DNA from: an uncultured Leptospirales bacterium
GTDB taxonomy: Bacteria > Spirochaetota > UBA4802 > UBA5550
Reading direction: 5' to 3'
DNA: 24,000 nucleotides
Assembly (NCBI GenBank): GCA_964554685.1
Contig: CAZKPR010000020.1
Location: 4,536 to 28,535, forward strand
In this document: positions 23,273 through 24,000 of the stretch, one piece after another
Position numbering within the stretch: position 1 is the first letter of the stretch
How the letters are laid out: each line of letters starts with the position of its first letter
Made by a program: the position numbers and the translations under genes
The notes under the pieces: generated by a model
Told to the model about the DNA's origin: nothing
Database searches by the model: none
What the model saw: only the letters and a program-made list of their open reading frames with translations

Positions 23273-24000
23273 TCAGCGGTCCTCGATCCTCGAAAAATCG
23301 AGGAGGGTCGTGAAGTGGCCGAGGATCCCCTCCAGGAGGGCGATGCGGTTGTCGCGCAGGGCCTCGTCTTTGTCCATGACGAGGACCTTGTCGAAGAAGT
23401 CGTCGATGGCGGGCTTCGCCTCGATCAGGAGCCCGAAGAGCTCGATATAGGAGCTCCCGGAAATGAGGCGCGCGATCTCGCCGGACCGTGAATCGAAGAA
23501 GCTGAAGAGCGCCCGCTCCTCGTCGTGGCGGATGAGGGAGGGATCGAAGGAAAGGGCGCGCTTCCCCTGCTCCCTCCTGAAGGCCGACACGATGTTGTTC
23601 ATCCGCTTGAACCCGAGAAGCATCCGGGAGAAATTCTCGTCGCGGCGGAAGCGGTTCAGGCTCTCCGCCCTCCGGAAGAGCTCGAGGAAATCACCCCCCC
23701 CGGTGGCCAGGCAGGCGTCGATCTCGTCGTGGGCCAGGCCCTTCTCGGTGAAGATGGTCTTCGCCCTGGCGGCGATGAACTCCAGTATCTTCCCCGCAAG
23801 GTTCTTCCCGTCCCTGTATTCGTCGGCCACGGATTCGAGCAGGGACTCCAGGGGGAGGTTGATGCCGTTGGAGAGAAGGAGATCGACGATGGCGTTCGCC
23901 TGGCGCCGGAGGGCGTAGGGGTCCGCCGAGCCCTTCGGAATGTTGCCCACGGAAAATGACCCGAAGATGTTGTCGATCTTCTCGGCCAGGGACACCACCA
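23273..24000 (-). CDS. glyS: glycine--tRNA ligase beta subunit, C-terminal part (gene continues past the right edge)
   Basis: LAEKIDNIFGSFSVGNIPKGSADPYALRRQANAIVDLL... and the C-terminus ...AIDDFFDKVLVMDKDEALRDNRIALLEGILGHFTTLLDFSRIE. These parallel E. coli GlyS (...GDKDPFALRRAALG..., ...VDAFFDKVMVM.DDKELRINRLTMLEKLRELF...). The reading frame is open to position 24000; the GTG at 23998 in the ORF track is not the real start. Confidence 0.88.
   Translation of the reverse strand, partial: VVSLAEKIDNIFGSFSVGNIPKGSADPYALRRQANAIVDLLLSNGINLPLESLLESVADEYRDGKNLAGKILEFIAARAKTIFTEKGLAHDEIDACLATGGGDFLELFRRAESLNRFRRDENFSRMLLGFKRMNNIVSAFRREQGKRALSFDPSLIRHDEERALFSFFDSRSGEIARLISGSSYIELFGLLIEAKPAIDDFFDKVLVMDKDEALRDNRIALLEGILGHFTTLLDFSRIEDR

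Noticed and set aside
1-24000. Looked for mobile-element hallmarks, CRISPR repeats, tRNA/rRNA genes, mer operon genes and defence-system genes flanking the metal cluster.
   Set aside because: I found no transposase, integrase or recombinase-like ORFs, no long terminal inverted or direct repeats, no regularly spaced repeats, and no MerR/MerA/MerT-like translations. The metal-related genes appear to be chromosomally embedded between housekeeping-type genes, with glyS at the right edge.

Overview
GC-rich, gene-dense bacterial chromosomal window. I saw no rRNA, tRNA, CRISPR array, transposase, integrase or terminal inverted repeats. Left third: a partial PAS sensor gene, a crotonase-family gene, a PAS/HisKA/HATPase/REC hybrid histidine kinase and an unusually long (1185 aa) MMPL/RND-superfamily exporter. 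Centre: a metal and metalloid handling neighbourhood. It holds mntP plus a transmembrane-only CDF-like transporter whose predicted metal site carries Cys substitutions. Convergent to these is a flavodiiron protein gene interrupted by an in-frame TAG at codon 12. Next comes a ten-gene same-strand cluster that opens with the mercury-methylation pair hgcA-hgcB (NVWCAAGK cap-helix motif; CMECGAC motif and C-terminal CC). It runs with tiny gaps or overlaps into arsR, an ArsP-like permease, a small CxxC thioredoxin-fold protein, a DGC-domain protein, an ArsF-like CxxC protein, an ArsG/CcdA-like membrane protein, acr3 and arsC. Right third, all minus strand: a chemoreceptor with a six-helix membrane-embedded N-terminus, apparently co-transcribed with a GNAT acetyltransferase/HDAC-family deacetylase fusion, then glyS (partial), a hexapeptide acyltransferase and a GT4 glycosyltransferase. 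The main points for follow-up are the hgcAB-ars operon fusion and its palindrome-rich control region, the Cys-substituted CDF-like protein, the amber-interrupted flavodiiron gene, the GNAT-HDAC fusion linked to an MCP, and a structured mntP leader. All calls rest on reading the translations and the DNA by eye; no database search was run.
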